Positions 40,243 to 51,904 of a stretch of 64,000 nucleotides of DNA are shown here, piece by piece; position 1 is the stretch's first letter, and the number at the start of each line of letters is the position of its first letter. This DNA is from Podarcis melisellensis (taxonomy: Eukaryota). The stretch lies in NCBI GenBank assembly GCA_964234715.1, contig OZ174275.1; one strand, 5' to 3'. Position numbers and translations under genes: made by a program. Under the pieces are notes generated by a model that was given only the letters and a program-made list of their open reading frames with translations, was not told where the DNA came from and searched no databases.

Positions 40243-40382
40243 GTGAATTATTTCACTAAATGAGATTGGAATCAATTATTTCACTAAAACGCACAAGCCA
40301 GGTGTTTCTTTTAAGTTATCTGTTAAGGCAACGGGTGCATGATTTATGAATGAATAATGCATATTATCATTTCTCCCCACAG

Positions 40383-40583
40383 GGGTCGATTTGCTGTTGT
40401 AAAGAAATGTATCCACAAAGCCACCAGGAAGGATGTTGCAGTGAAGTTCATCAATAAAAAAATGAAGAAAGAGGAGCAGGCAGCACATGAGGCAGCCATA
40501 TTGCAACATTTGCAGCATCCTCAGTATATCACTATTCATGACACCTATGAGTCACCTTCCTCCTATATATTAATTTTAGAACT
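40383..40583 (+). CDS. KALRN: KALRN exon, kinase N-lobe (GRFAVVKKC...VAVKF...LILEL)
   Basis: Gly-loop and VAVK lysine; acag/gtaagt. Confidence 0.97.
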
Positions 40584-40996
40584 GTAAGTCTTTTGATGGA
40601 AGCTAAACTTCTTGTTTGTTATACTGAGGGAATCCTCCATCTTTGCAATCACACATTTCATGATTGTAATGAAAATGATTTCATTTCCCCATAAAAGAGC
40701 AATATTTCAGATGACTGTGAATGTCAGATTCACACAATCCAGTATGTGCATTGGCCAGGGGGGTGGGGGGTGGGCATAAGAAGTCAGTGTGAAGCAGCAT
40801 GCACTTAAATAAAGAGTCCTATACTGTATTTAAAATGAGATAGCCCTTATCACACTGCAATATATAAGTATTTTATTTCTTGCTTTTTAAAAAATGCCAC
40901 TTCCATTATAAGGTGTTAGTCGCATGTTTGAAGTATTAGCAAGAGTTTGTCATTATGCTAGATTTCTTTTCTCAGTGCATAATTGTTGGCTTTTAG

Positions 40997-41135
40997 GATG
41001 GATGATGGCCGTCTTTTGGACTACTTAATGAATCATGATGAACTGATGGAGGAGAAAGTAGCTTTTTACATAAGAGACACAATGGAAGCCTTACAGTACC
41101 TTCACAACTGCCGAGTCGCTCATTTGGATATAAAG
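40997..41135 (+). CDS. KALRN: KALRN exon, kinase (MDDGRLLDYL...VAHLDIK)
   Basis: Catalytic loop HLDIK; ttag/gtagga. Confidence 0.97.
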
Positions 41136-42280
41136 GTAGGAAGCTTGTGTATATCTCTCTCTATCATGGTGAATTCCGAGCATTCAGTCTATTCTAAATT
41201 CAGGTGAAGAGACAATCTACCTATAATGAAAACACTTAAAAGTATCTGCTTTGTGTCACTAATCTGTCCTTCTTTCAACTACTTCTTTATAGCCATATTT
41301 GTGATGAAGGCATCTGGTCCAAATTTCAAAAAAAATTCCAAGCAGTTCTGAGAATTCACTTACAGGATGTCATTTTTTCTGTTTTAATATCTTGTCATTA
41401 ACAATTGACATATAACCAGTGCCTTTTTTCTTTAAAAAAAAAAAGCCTTTAAGGTCACTCTCATTTTGACTCAAGAAAATCACAATTTTATAGTTCAAAT
41501 TGGGAAAAATAAATACATTAAAGTGCAAAACTTCACAAAATGTTTCAGGGTATGCATACCCCTGCGTCCCCTCAGAAAAAAATAACTGTGTATAACTCAC
41601 ATACATCTTCAATGTTTTCCCACAAAGATCCAACATGCCAGTTCTTTCCTTCCTTTCATACAAAAGCTCCTTGTTGAAAAATGTGCAATTGGGGGTGTGT
41701 GTGGAGGGGGATGATGAGATCTCATTTCATTTGTCCACATAACTTTGCTTATACCTTGATAGAGATGTAAACATAAAGCTAATTTATATGTTGCTTACAT
41801 GAAGCTTAAATCCTTCCTTAGACTGGCTCAGAATGTTGTGAAAGATGGATACTTCAGCAACATATGCACATGGAATAAGCAGTACAACAGAGGCTTATTC
41901 TTGTTTTTTAGCGAAATGGCCTGAGTAACCAGACTGTCTACATGTCTGCACTGCAACTCAAAACATATACAGTGTTGGCTTATAGCAGTTTCGTTGCCTT
42001 TTCTGCTTAACTAGGTTTTTTCTCAAATTACTCCTTAGACATGAACTTATATCTGCATAAATCTAAGATGTAAAATATTATCTGTAAGATTGTACATGAT
42101 GCTTCCATTCACCCACCTCTACCTAGTGGGCAGTTGTGGCCTGTACATCTTACAGGCTGGCCTCCTGTAGTGCCTTTTGTTTTAAACATCATTGTACTCC
42201 AATGTAGACAAGTTTCAAAATGTCTCTATCCTTCAGCTGGTATCCATTGAAACCTTTCACTCAAGTTTGTGCATTGTGCA

Positions 42281-42422
42281 TGCAACAATGCTGACAAGAC
42301 AGATCAATGTTCTAATGTTCTTATCTCTTTGTGCCCTTCTTCCACCCATATCCCTCTACCTCACCTTCCACTACAGACAATTAAGCACGAGGGGAAAACC
42401 CTGTCTTGTCAGCATTGTTGCA
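42281..42422. repeat. 142-bp fold-back element with 22-bp perfect terminal inverted repeat
   Basis: tgcaacaatgctgacaagacag ... ctgtcttgtcagcattgttgca. Confidence 0.9.
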
Positions 42423-42498
42423 ATAAATGTTGGCTTAAACTGATTTATAATACAAAAGCAATGAACAATGGAATCTTTTTTATCCTTGCTCTCCACAG

Positions 42499-43044
42499 CC
42501 AGAAAATTTGCTCATTGACTTGCGGATCCCGGTGCCTCGCGTTAAGCTAATAGACCTGGAAGATGCTGTTCAAATCACTGGCCATTACCATGTTCATCAT
42601 CTCCTTGGAAACCCTGAATTTGCTGCTCCAGAAGTTATCCAAGGTGCTCCTGTTTCACTGGGCACAGATATTTGGAGCCTGGGTGTGCTCACCTATGTCA
42701 TGCTGAGTGGTGTGTCCCCCTTTCTGGATGAAAGCAGGGAGGAGACATGCATCAATGTGTGCCGAGTGGACTTCAGCTTTCCCAATGAGTACTTCTGTGA
42801 TGTAAGCCATGCTGCCAGAGACTTCATCACTGTCATCCTTCAGGAAGACTTCAGGAGGAGGCCAACAGCAGCCACTTGTCTGCAGCACCCTTGGCTGCAG
42901 TTTCACAACGGCAGCTATTCCAAAATCCCACTGGATACCTCACGCCTATCCAGCTTCATTGAACGCCGCAAACACCAGTTTGATGTGCGGCCAATTCCCA
43001 ATGTTAAGAGTTTCATAATGAGCAGGATGAACCCAGGAATATAA
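42499..43044 (+). CDS. KALRN: KALRN last coding exon, kinase C-lobe (PEN...IDLEDA...APE...DIWSLG...MNPGI*)
   Basis: acag acceptor; APE and DIWS motifs; TAA at 43042-43044. Confidence 0.98.
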   Translation, partial: PENLLIDLRIPVPRVKLIDLEDAVQITGHYHVHHLLGNPEFAAPEVIQGAPVSLGTDIWSLGVLTYVMLSGVSPFLDESREETCINVCRVDFSFPNEYFCDVSHAARDFITVILQEDFRRRPTAATCLQHPWLQFHNGSYSKIPLDTSRLSSFIERRKHQFDVRPIPNVKSFIMSRMNPGI

Positions 43045-46000
43045 TGCAATACAAGTACCTTGACTTGACACTGAAGCACCGTGGCGTGTGAAAAGAGAGA
43101 AGGTGGAATCTCTCTCTTTATGTCTGTGTAAAGTATTCTAATTGATGTGATGTCAAAGAAAGTGTATGTACTTTTCCAGCAGTTGCATTATCTAACTGGT
43201 TAGAACTAGAGGCTTTTAGATGTTGCATATGCAACTCCTCGCGTGGCTTATCTTGCAATGATGAAGTCATGTCAAATACAGAAGAATATTTTAGAAAAAT
43301 ACATCGTTTGAAAATGGTAACCAAAACACCATTGCCTTACTTTTGAAAGGCAGCCTTCTAAAAGACCTGGACACCCTTGCTGATCTTATTAAACTTTAAC
43401 TCATGTATTTGAAAGGCAACGGAAAGTAAAGAAATAAAACTAGGCTGACCCTCCACAGTCAGCATTTCCTGAAACAACAACACTGGACTGGATTCGAGAT
43501 TTTGCAGAAATAGTTGATCCTCAAGTCCTAATGAAGCTCTGTTTCACTAGGAGAATTCCACTTGTCTTCAATAAGAATTAACCTTGTGGCAGAATTGTTT
43601 TTTTATGGCCCTTGTGCTATCATAATGTCAGCTTTGCCTGTAAAGTGACTTAGGTATGCCGTATTGGTCAGGATCATAGTATACCTTTGTCAAAAGTCCT
43701 TTGGATTCTCCAGCATTCACATGTTCAAAGCTAACATACTGTAAAGTAGCAATGTGCTGCGGCTAAGATGGTAAATTCACTGGAACAAAAAATGTTTTGA
43801 TGAAGCACAATGAGACATTTTTTAAAGTAAATTTTTATAGCTCTTGTACAGACTTTTTTGTGAAACCTGTGTGTTGAGAAAAGGCTATGTTACAATGATT
43901 ACTGTTATCTGTAAACTAGATGTCAAAGACTTTTTCTATTGCAGAATGTTTGTTGAATTCTCATATAGTCTGTAAAATGAAAAGGAATCTTATTCCTTTT
44001 TCAGTTTTAAAAGTTGATCAGTTGTGAAATCAATCCAAAGTTGGCCAAAGTGTGGTAAACATAGTGGGTCCATCCTTACAATTATTGCTTCAAAATTAGT
44101 CTTGATGTGTGAGACTGGTAGTTTACTGCATATTTGTACACATGCATCTCTCTTCCTAGCTCCAGAATCCTAACTTCTATGCTAGCATATTTGTTCCATC
44201 CCAAACTCTGGTGTTAAATAACAATTCAAAAAAGACTATTAATATAAAAAGTCATTGTAACGGTCCATTATTGTGCACTAAACACGCCACTAACTTAATA
44301 GCCCCTTATAAATCATCAAAGTATTTTCAAACTAAGAAGCTTTTGAATAGTTCCAAATTGCAGTTATCTCAAATTAATATTGTAAGAACTAGTCCAGCTT
44401 TTCACACCAAGAGGAATTTAGTGCCAAGACAGTGACTGACCATATCCTAATCATTTAGAAATCAATCAGCAATTCATAGTTAACTTTTTCCTCTATCCCA
44501 CCAACTAATCTTCTATAAACTCTGCAATGTGGCAATGGACCTAGTAATAATCAAAGGCATGGTGAGCTCTCTCATTTTGCCTGTTCAGTTGGCATCCATT
44601 TGTTGAACACAATATACTAATGGTTCTGGCACATCTTTTAGTCACTTGTGTCCTAAGTAGCTGTCAGGGTTAGGCAACCTGGTAGCCAAGTGACAAGGGT
44701 TCTGTAGCCTCTCAGTGGCACCTGATATATTATATTAACCTGGAGTATTTTACCGTTTTCTCCTTTCTCTTGCCCAAAACCCCAAACAGATCAAATCAGG
44801 AGCTGTAAATGTTCTTGCTACAGTGAGAGTAATAAGAAAGGTGGTGAACACACTGGTGTCTGGTGAACCAAGAAACAAGCCAACAAATCAGTACAGAAAA
44901 GGAGAAAGGTACTTGACTTAGATTTTCTGGCTAGAAAATGTGGTTCAACAAAACAGAGGACCTTTCCATAGGGAAAGAAGCTGATGTCCTTTAACTTTTC
45001 AATGAAGTGTTTTTTCCTGCTATTTTTTAATCAAGAGGTTTGTTATACTATGATCATCCAACCCACTGTTATAATAAGGAATGTGGGGATAGGATCAACT
45101 CTTGAGGTTCCTTTTAGTTGCTACAATTTCCTCAAGGCACTGACAATCATCCAGAGGCGGAGCATATCAGCTCAGGTATAAAAACAACGGCCAAGATCCA
45201 GCCCAAGGTACCCATGGCGGAATCCCACTGTAATCAATGGAAGATATTAGTCACAACTAAGTAGTCCCAGTAGCTTCAGTGTGACCTAGGCTAGCTAAAA
45301 TCCTATGCATACTTAATGGAAAGCTAGTTCCGCTGAACACAGTGGGTACTTCCTTCCAAGCAATGGGCAGCCCAAAACATGTTGATGTCAGATGCAAAGG
45401 GACAAGATGGTGTCTTTCCCCATTCTATGTACAAAAGCCAAGGAGACGTCAGCTCTGTTGATGGGGCAGCATCCTCCACTGCACCTGAGTGCCGTGAGCT
45501 AGTTCAGGGATGCATTACAGGCCATGCGACACAAACAGCTCTATCTGCTTCCAGACTTTCAGCATTTGCGCAAGGCGGCTCCTTTATGTTACATGATAAC
45601 AACTGAGCCAGTGCTGCTTCTGAATAAACATACGTAACATAGTGAGACCAGACTGCATGTCATGGATCACTTCACTGGAACCAAGGGCAACCTCAGTAAA
45701 GCATCACAACTTTTAGATACAATAAAATAAATAGATGTGGATCTTTGCCACATCTCCTTGTTCTTTTCAGCTGCAGTAGCCGCATCAAAAATGCCTACCT
45801 ACTTTCTAGTTCTGTTCTTCTACATATACGTGGAAGAGTGACTGTCAAAATGTGTACCTACTTTTGGTTATTTTGTGATTCTGGGGAAATGCAAAAGAGA
45901 TTACTTAAGCATCCTTGAAGAACAAACCTCTCTGGTACATTAAAATCCCTATGGAATAATCACCTATGGGGGAAAAAATACCTGAATCTGTGGCAAGCAA

Positions 46001-47300
46001 AAAGGCAGGATTTAAGACAAGGACTGACTGCTGTTTTATCATGAAATCTTGAGAGTTGTTTTCTCAGGCATAAAGCAGTTTTTGCTTCAAAGGGCTTTGT
46101 AATGTGAATGTAAAATCTACATTGAACCAGAATACCATGGATGTCTTATCTTCTGCAGCAACATCAATAACATCCAAGAGGCTCAAAGGTCATTTAGGCA
46201 TTATGTGTGACAATTCCTGGAATCTTGCTTTTAATCTTTTGTAACAAAGCAACTTAAGACTGGCTGCATATCTCTGTGTTCATGTGTGCCCTTCATCCTC
46301 TGCTGATTTTGTTGGATATGTCATCTGCAGCCGGTAGTTGTATGCAACAAAGTGTGACTAGCCACGGTTTGGGACCATTGGATTGTAATTAGGAATTGCT
46401 AGACACAACTTAGTTCTCAGATGAATATCTGTGTGCCATTGCATGGAAGACATCTTTCCTATCCATTTGTAGAAGAAAATCCTCCACAGGGCTCTGGTTT
46501 CTCCCCAAAGCTGATTGTTTATGGACTGACACATCAGAAAATGGTGCTTTCCTAAGAGAATAAATGTCAGATCCCACTTTTTTTGGCTCCCCAAGCTGGT
46601 TATACAATTACTGTCGAATATCAAACTGCTTCTAGAATCGTTATACTAGTGACTGTTAACATGCCAGAATTCTGTAATTTCTCACCTTATACTCTGAAGC
46701 TAGTAGTAACAAACATCTGTTCTACTTAAGCCATATCTTATCCTTATGCTCTCTTTTTCAGTGCTGGTGCTTTTGCATCTTTCTGTCAAACCATTGAGTC
46801 TGCTTTTGCTAGCATGTCACTTCAACAGTATACTACTGAAAATAAGGTCAGACATGTAAAGGGCACAGCAGACTACTAAAAATACACTTTTAAAAATATT
46901 TGCAACAATCATTTTTGTGGTGGTGGTAGTGGTGGTAGGGATTGTATTAAGAGCTTAAAAAATTTCAAGGTGCAAATGAATTCCACAGCCTTAATCATTT
47001 TCAGTCTTTTGCTGGTCTGCCTTAAGTGTTATCTCATTATTTTATTATTGATTTTGTTTTGTATGCATATGTGTTTTCTAAAACATTTTGTAAATATTTT
47101 ATTTATACTTCTGATTCTTCATGTGTAATGTTGTAAAGTGATTTCCTGCTGTCACATGTTCTTACTCTTCTGCAGTATATATAAATATATATGTTATCTA
47201 CAGATGATAAAATCTACATTTTAGGCTATTGCCTTCCTTATAAATACAATATACAAAAGATTCAAGTATGGGATTTTTTTTTAATATAAAAGCAATTCTG
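43045..47300 (+). other. KALRN: Putative long KALRN 3' UTR (end uncertain)
   Basis: AT-rich, with no repeats I recognise. AATAAA at 43433, 45623 and 45721; U-rich block with TGTAAATA at 47089-47096. Confidence 0.5.
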
Positions 47301-48272
47301 CTGATAAAATCAATTAAGACGGATATTATAAAGACAAGCTTTTATTTTGACTTATATGGGGGGGAGAACACAGGAGAAGAAATTGTGAGAGCTGCCTGCC
47401 ATGTAAAGCCATTAGATACAACTGAAAGGGGGGGTGCTTAATGAAAGTCCGTTATCTATACTACTTCCCCCCCTTAAAAATAGGATTTATGATTTCTGAC
47501 ATATGTGCTTTAAGACTGTAATATGAACCTTGAAATAATAAGAATTGATTAGCTCTACTGTGTTCGGGCAAATTCGATTTTGACATTGCTAACACTACCT
47601 TTAAAAAAAATACAAACGTACACCAAAACTGTTCAATTTCCACTGGTCTATGTTGATCAGGTTACTCACTGCTAAAGGTGGTAGTGTGTGACCCCGAACT
47701 TTTAGCAGAGACTAAAGATTAAACGTCCACAACAGAGGACGTTCTTAATGTGAGCAATGCCCGAGTTCTTACGAAGCGAGTAAACCCGAACGACCCTGCA
47801 GGTGATTATTGGCTCCCGGGGGGGTGCGGCTGAAAATTAATAAATACAGTAAAAATAACTGAACTGAACTAACCAATTGCGTTACAGATAACTCGGTTCT
47901 GCCCCCTTCCCCAATAATTCCTGGCTACGACCATGCTCCCAGGTCCTTATTTGCACAAAAGTTCGAAACCCATCTCAATCGGGAAAACCTGTAGTCCTTT
48001 CTTTAAAAAGTTATCCATCCCTGAGAAGCCCGAAGCTTCTCTTTCAAAATGGACCCTATTCAGTATTCTTCCGACGCAGATGTTGCTTCCAGTGTCGTCG
48101 TCGTCGTCCCTCCATTCTAGTGCTGCACTCCGAGGGATTTTTCCTTTGGCGATGGAGTTTTTATTTGGCTTTTGGACGCACAGGCGGCGCCCCCACTGAG
48201 AGCGCCTGGCCCTCTTCTCGAACTCCCCTAAATTAAATGTACTCACCGCTTTCCCCCTCAAACGCTCCAAGG

Positions 48273-48411
48273 CATGGGCGTAGCTAAGGGGGGCAGCTGC
48301 CTCCCTAGATCAAGTAAAACAACAGAAATAACAAACTGACCGATCACGTCGGTCCTACCCCCCCCCCAACAAAAGTCCTGCCCCCCAACATAAATCCTGT
48401 CCACGCCCATC
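48273..48411. mobile_element. Small TIR element in the UMPS upstream CpG island (partial second copy 47818-47935)
   Basis: Ends catgggcgtagc / tccacgcccat; second copy ends cctggctacgaccatg; no clear TSD. Confidence 0.6.
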
Positions 48412-48891
48412 TCTCCTCTCCTGGGCAGCTCTATTCTGGAGACCGGGGTGGGAGGGTCGCCGCTTTGTGCCTGCACACCAGTGTCTGCTAGGTGATGTCC
48501 ATACGCGTCCACCCGGACACACGTGCACCAGAATATGCGTGTAGTAGTAGCTCAAGCAATTGCAAAACAAGCCTCCCTGCCTTCTCCGTTCCTAGGGGCG
48601 GAGCATATACAGCTTTCACTCCTCCTCCGGTACCAATTGCACCCCCTTCTTTCCAAGCAAATAGCGCCGGCCAGGATACAAGAGAAACCCAGGTGCCACT
48701 AATACAGTAGTCGGTCTGGTTGGGTAACGAGAGTAGTCACCTCACCCCTTAGCGCGCATGTGCACGTGGCGCTACGTAAGGAATCGTCCCGTTTCCTAGC
48801 GACGGAGGAGGGTTGCCCCGCCTTGCGTCATTACTCGGCGACTGACCCGGCGCACGCTGTTCTCCGTACGTGCGCGCGAGAGCCTCGAAGG

Positions 48892-49026
48892 ATGGAAGCG
48901 TTAGCCTCGGAGCTGTACGGCGTGCAGGCGGTGCGCTTCGGCGAGTTCGTGCTCAAGAGCGGCCTCGTCTCCCCGGCCTATGTCGACCTGCGCGTCATCG
49001 TGTCGCACCCGGCCCTGCTCAACAAG
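48892..49026 (+). CDS. UMPS: UMPS exon 1 (MEALASELY...FVLKSG...YVDLR...NK)
   Basis: Kozak aggATGG; OPRT FxLKSG motif; gtgagc donor. Confidence 0.95.
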
Positions 49027-49591
49027 GTGAGCCCCACAGGCGGGTGGGCGGGCGGGAACGGGGCGCGCGTGAGGGAGGAAGGCGGGGCCGAGGCAGTTGG
49101 AGGAGGGAGGCCGAGAGACCAGCGCCTCATGTTTCTATTGCAGCTGGGGGTCATTATAAGCACCGCTGGTCCTGACGGGGGTTTGCCGGTTTGCCTCTCC
49201 TCTCCTTGTCCCCCCCCCTCTTGTGGGGAAAAGGGTTTACAAGGGTGTAAGCGGGGGGCAGCTTGCTGCTATTTATGTCAGCTTCTCTGTGAGCTTTTTC
49301 AGCAGCACAAAAATGCTTTAATGCCTCTTCTAATTTAGCGCCCTCGATACTAATGGACAACAGCTGTCATCACCTCCGGCTCTAACCATGTTGACTGGGA
49401 CTGAGGGGAGTTGGAGGCCAGCCATGCCTGGAGATTTGGAAAGCCTGTTTTAAATAAGCAAACAAACATGGCAAGAGTGTTAGAAGAATCAGATAGGGAC
49501 CACGAGGGTCATCTAGTTGCTGGGGAAGAGGGCGGCTGTCAAAGATGATACAATCCTGCCAGCTAGTAGTACTCCTGGAACATGTTGGAGT

Positions 49592-49705
49592 GGGTTTTCC
49601 CCCTCATGCATAATTGTCTGTAGTGGAAGGTGAGGTAGAGGGATATGGATGGAAGAAGGGCACAAAGTGATAAGAACATTGATCTGTCTTGTCAGCATTG
49701 TTGCA
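49592..49705 (-). repeat. Inverted near-identical copy of 42281-42401 in UMPS intron 1
   Basis: By manual alignment: 4 substitutions, one 1-nt indel and one 8-nt duplication. Confidence 0.9.
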
Positions 49706-50074
49706 AAGGATACCCTTCTCAGAACTCAATAGCATAGCTGATCATTTGTGCCATATTCAACCAAATAGTTGGGCTAGTGGAATCCAACACAAGGATTCCC
49801 ACTAGTGCAACAGAGATCACACAAATACATGATTCTTCCAAGGAAATGAATAAGCTATCACTGCTTGTTGCTCTTCAACCTAAATGCAAAGAACACAAGC
49901 ATACTTAGGGGATGAAGTAAGCATCATGTGAAGAAACGAAATCCATATGATCTTTGGTGCTTATGGTTTCTCTTTTTGGTGATTCTTTGTGGACTTTCCT
50001 TATTTTATTAACAATGTATTAATGTTTGGTTATAATGGTAGAACCTATTTTATATTTATAACAATTTCTTTCAG

Positions 50075-50228
50075 GTAGCAGGTTTCCTTTTTCAAACAGC
50101 AAAGGATGCTGCAATCAAGTATGACACTGTGTGCGGGGTCCCATACACGGCTTTGCCCCTGGCTACAATCATTTGCTCAACCAACCAGATCCCAATGCTT
50201 ATACGGCGAAAAGAAGCTAAAGATTACG
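50075..50228 (+). CDS. UMPS: UMPS exon 2 ([12 protein letters not shown]...RRKEAKDYG)
   Basis: OPRT flexible loop RKEAKDYG; tcag/gtaaaa. Confidence 0.97.
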
Positions 50229-50480
50229 GTAAAAATAATCAAATTTACCTAGATCATAATATTGGCATTATAAGTAATGAATATTCAAGACAGCAAAAAT
50301 ATTTATAATAAATAAATTTCCAACTTCCTCGGTATTGTATATACAGTTTGTTGTTTTAGCATTTCTAGAAAGCTAATAATTTGATGCACATAGCACGCCT
50401 GTGATTTAGGAGCCTTAGTGCAATGTTTTAACCACAAGCTTTTATTAACTGGTGTAGTGCACGTGTTATTTTTAATAGTA

Positions 50481-50705
50481 CAGTGGTACCTCCAGTTAAG
50501 TACTTAATTCATTCCGGAGGTCCGTACTTAACCTGAAACTGTTCTTAACTAGAGGTGTGCTTTCGCTAATGGGGCCTCTTGCTGCCACTGTGCCACTGGC
50601 ACACGATTTCTGTTCTCATCCTGGGGCAAAGTTCTCAACTCGAGGTAACTCTTCCAGGTTAGCAGAGTTTGTAACCTGAGGTGTTTGTAACTCGAGGTAC
50701 CACTG
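50481..50705 (-). mobile_element. Tc1/mariner MITE, same family as 27769-27994, in UMPS intron 2
   Basis: TIR cagtggtacctc, TA target duplication on both sides. Confidence 0.9.
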
Positions 50706-50814
50706 TAGTAGCAATAATATTTTCAGTTGAGCTGGCAAGGTTGTTTTTGTTGTTTGTTGTTGTTGTTTTTTGTATTGGTAGGTTAATGAAAAATGCCTTT
50801 TTTTGCTTCAAAAG

Positions 50815-51483
50815 GTACCAAACGTCTTGTGGAGGGGACAATAAACTCAGGAGAAACTTGTCTGATCATTGAAGATGTAGTTACCACTGGTTCAAGTGTT
50901 CTGGAGACGGCAGAGACCCTTCGGAAAGAGGGGTTGAAGGTTACAGATGCTATAGTGCTATTGGATAGAGAGCAAGGAGGGGGAGCCTTGTTGGAGAAGC
51001 ATGGCATACGCCTACACTCAGTATGCACCTTGTCTAAAATTCTCAAGATCCTTGAGCAGCAGAAAAAAGTTTCTCCTGAGATGGTGACAAGAGTAGAAAA
51101 ATTCATTCAGGAGAATATTATTAAACCTTCTGAGCAAAATGGTACTCCTCCTGTGAAAAGAATGTGCAAAGAAATGAGCTTTGCTGCTCGGGCTGAACTG
51201 CCAAACACTCATCCCCTCACTGCACAACTTCTCAGGCTGATGGAGAAAAAGCAGTCTAATTTGTGTCTTTCTGCTGATGTGACTAACTCCAAAGAATTGC
51301 TCCAGCTCGCTGCGACTTTGGGCCCTTCCATCTGTATCTTGAAGACTCACATTGATATTCTGGATGATTTCACCCAAGAAATAGCCAAGGAGTTGAGAGC
51401 ACTTGCAGATAAGCATGAATTCTTGATATTTGAAGATCGCAAGTTTGCAGACATTGGAAATACTGTGAAGCATCAGTATGAAG
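50815..51483 (+). CDS. UMPS: UMPS exon 3 (end of OPRT, linker, start of ODC)
   Basis: [37 protein letters not shown]. Confidence 0.98.
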
Positions 51484-51904
51484 GTGAATTTGGCATAACT
51501 ACTAACCCCTATCTCCTCTTTTTAACCTATAACGTGTTGCATATCTCTATAGGGCTGCATATGTTCCTAATACTCTTAATTTGAAATGTTGATGTGGCCT
51601 TCACTGACTTGAAACTAACTATTTTCAAGCCTTCAAGGGCCTTGCTTTTGAGCTGACTTTTATTCAGATTGTATGCTATATTGAGAAAAATAATACTGAG
51701 GAAACCAAGCCTGAGGCTAGGATATTCCATATTGTGATAGTACTGTGTAGTTATGACCTTGATAGGTGTGGAAAATATGACTCTGGACAATATTTCTACA
51801 GTGGTAATAAAAGTTGTGAAAAGGGTATCCCTGGTTAATCTCTTAAGTAGTTATCTGATTGCCAAAAAGACGCTTAACTGATACATTGTCTATTTATGTT
51901 TCAG

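Larger units (their letters stand above)
4544..43044 (+). other. KALRN: Kalirin RhoGEF kinase gene, 3' part (24 coding exons; 5' part outside window)
   Basis: Exons joined by hand give one phase-continuous 3396-nt frame ending TAA at 43044, with all introns GT-AG. The translation matches mammalian kalirin-12 from the pre-GEF2 linker through DH2-PH2-SH3-Ig-FN3-kinase. Synteny with UMPS and ITGB5 agrees. Confidence 0.98.
47690..49190. promoter_or_regulatory. CpG island / UMPS promoter
   Basis: Marked CpG enrichment against the CpG-depleted rest of the window. CACGTG E-boxes at 48520 and 48763, GC box at 48595, NRF1-like GCGCATGTGC at 48754, X-box-like GTTTCCTAGCGAC at 48791, TTGCGTCA CRE/ATF-like at 48823. 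Confidence 0.85.

Noticed and set aside
47933-48270. Overlapping ORFs upstream of UMPS
   Set aside because: GC-rich promoter/MITE sequence with no recognisable homology or exon structure
48760-49338. 192-aa ORF as an N- and C-terminally extended UMPS
   Set aside because: It starts at a GTG in the promoter and runs past the exon-1 donor at 49026; only 48892-49026 is homologous
51018-51473. 151-aa antisense ORF in UMPS exon 3 (also antisense ORFs over KALRN exons)
   Set aside because: Shadow of codon structure on the coding strand; no recognisable domain
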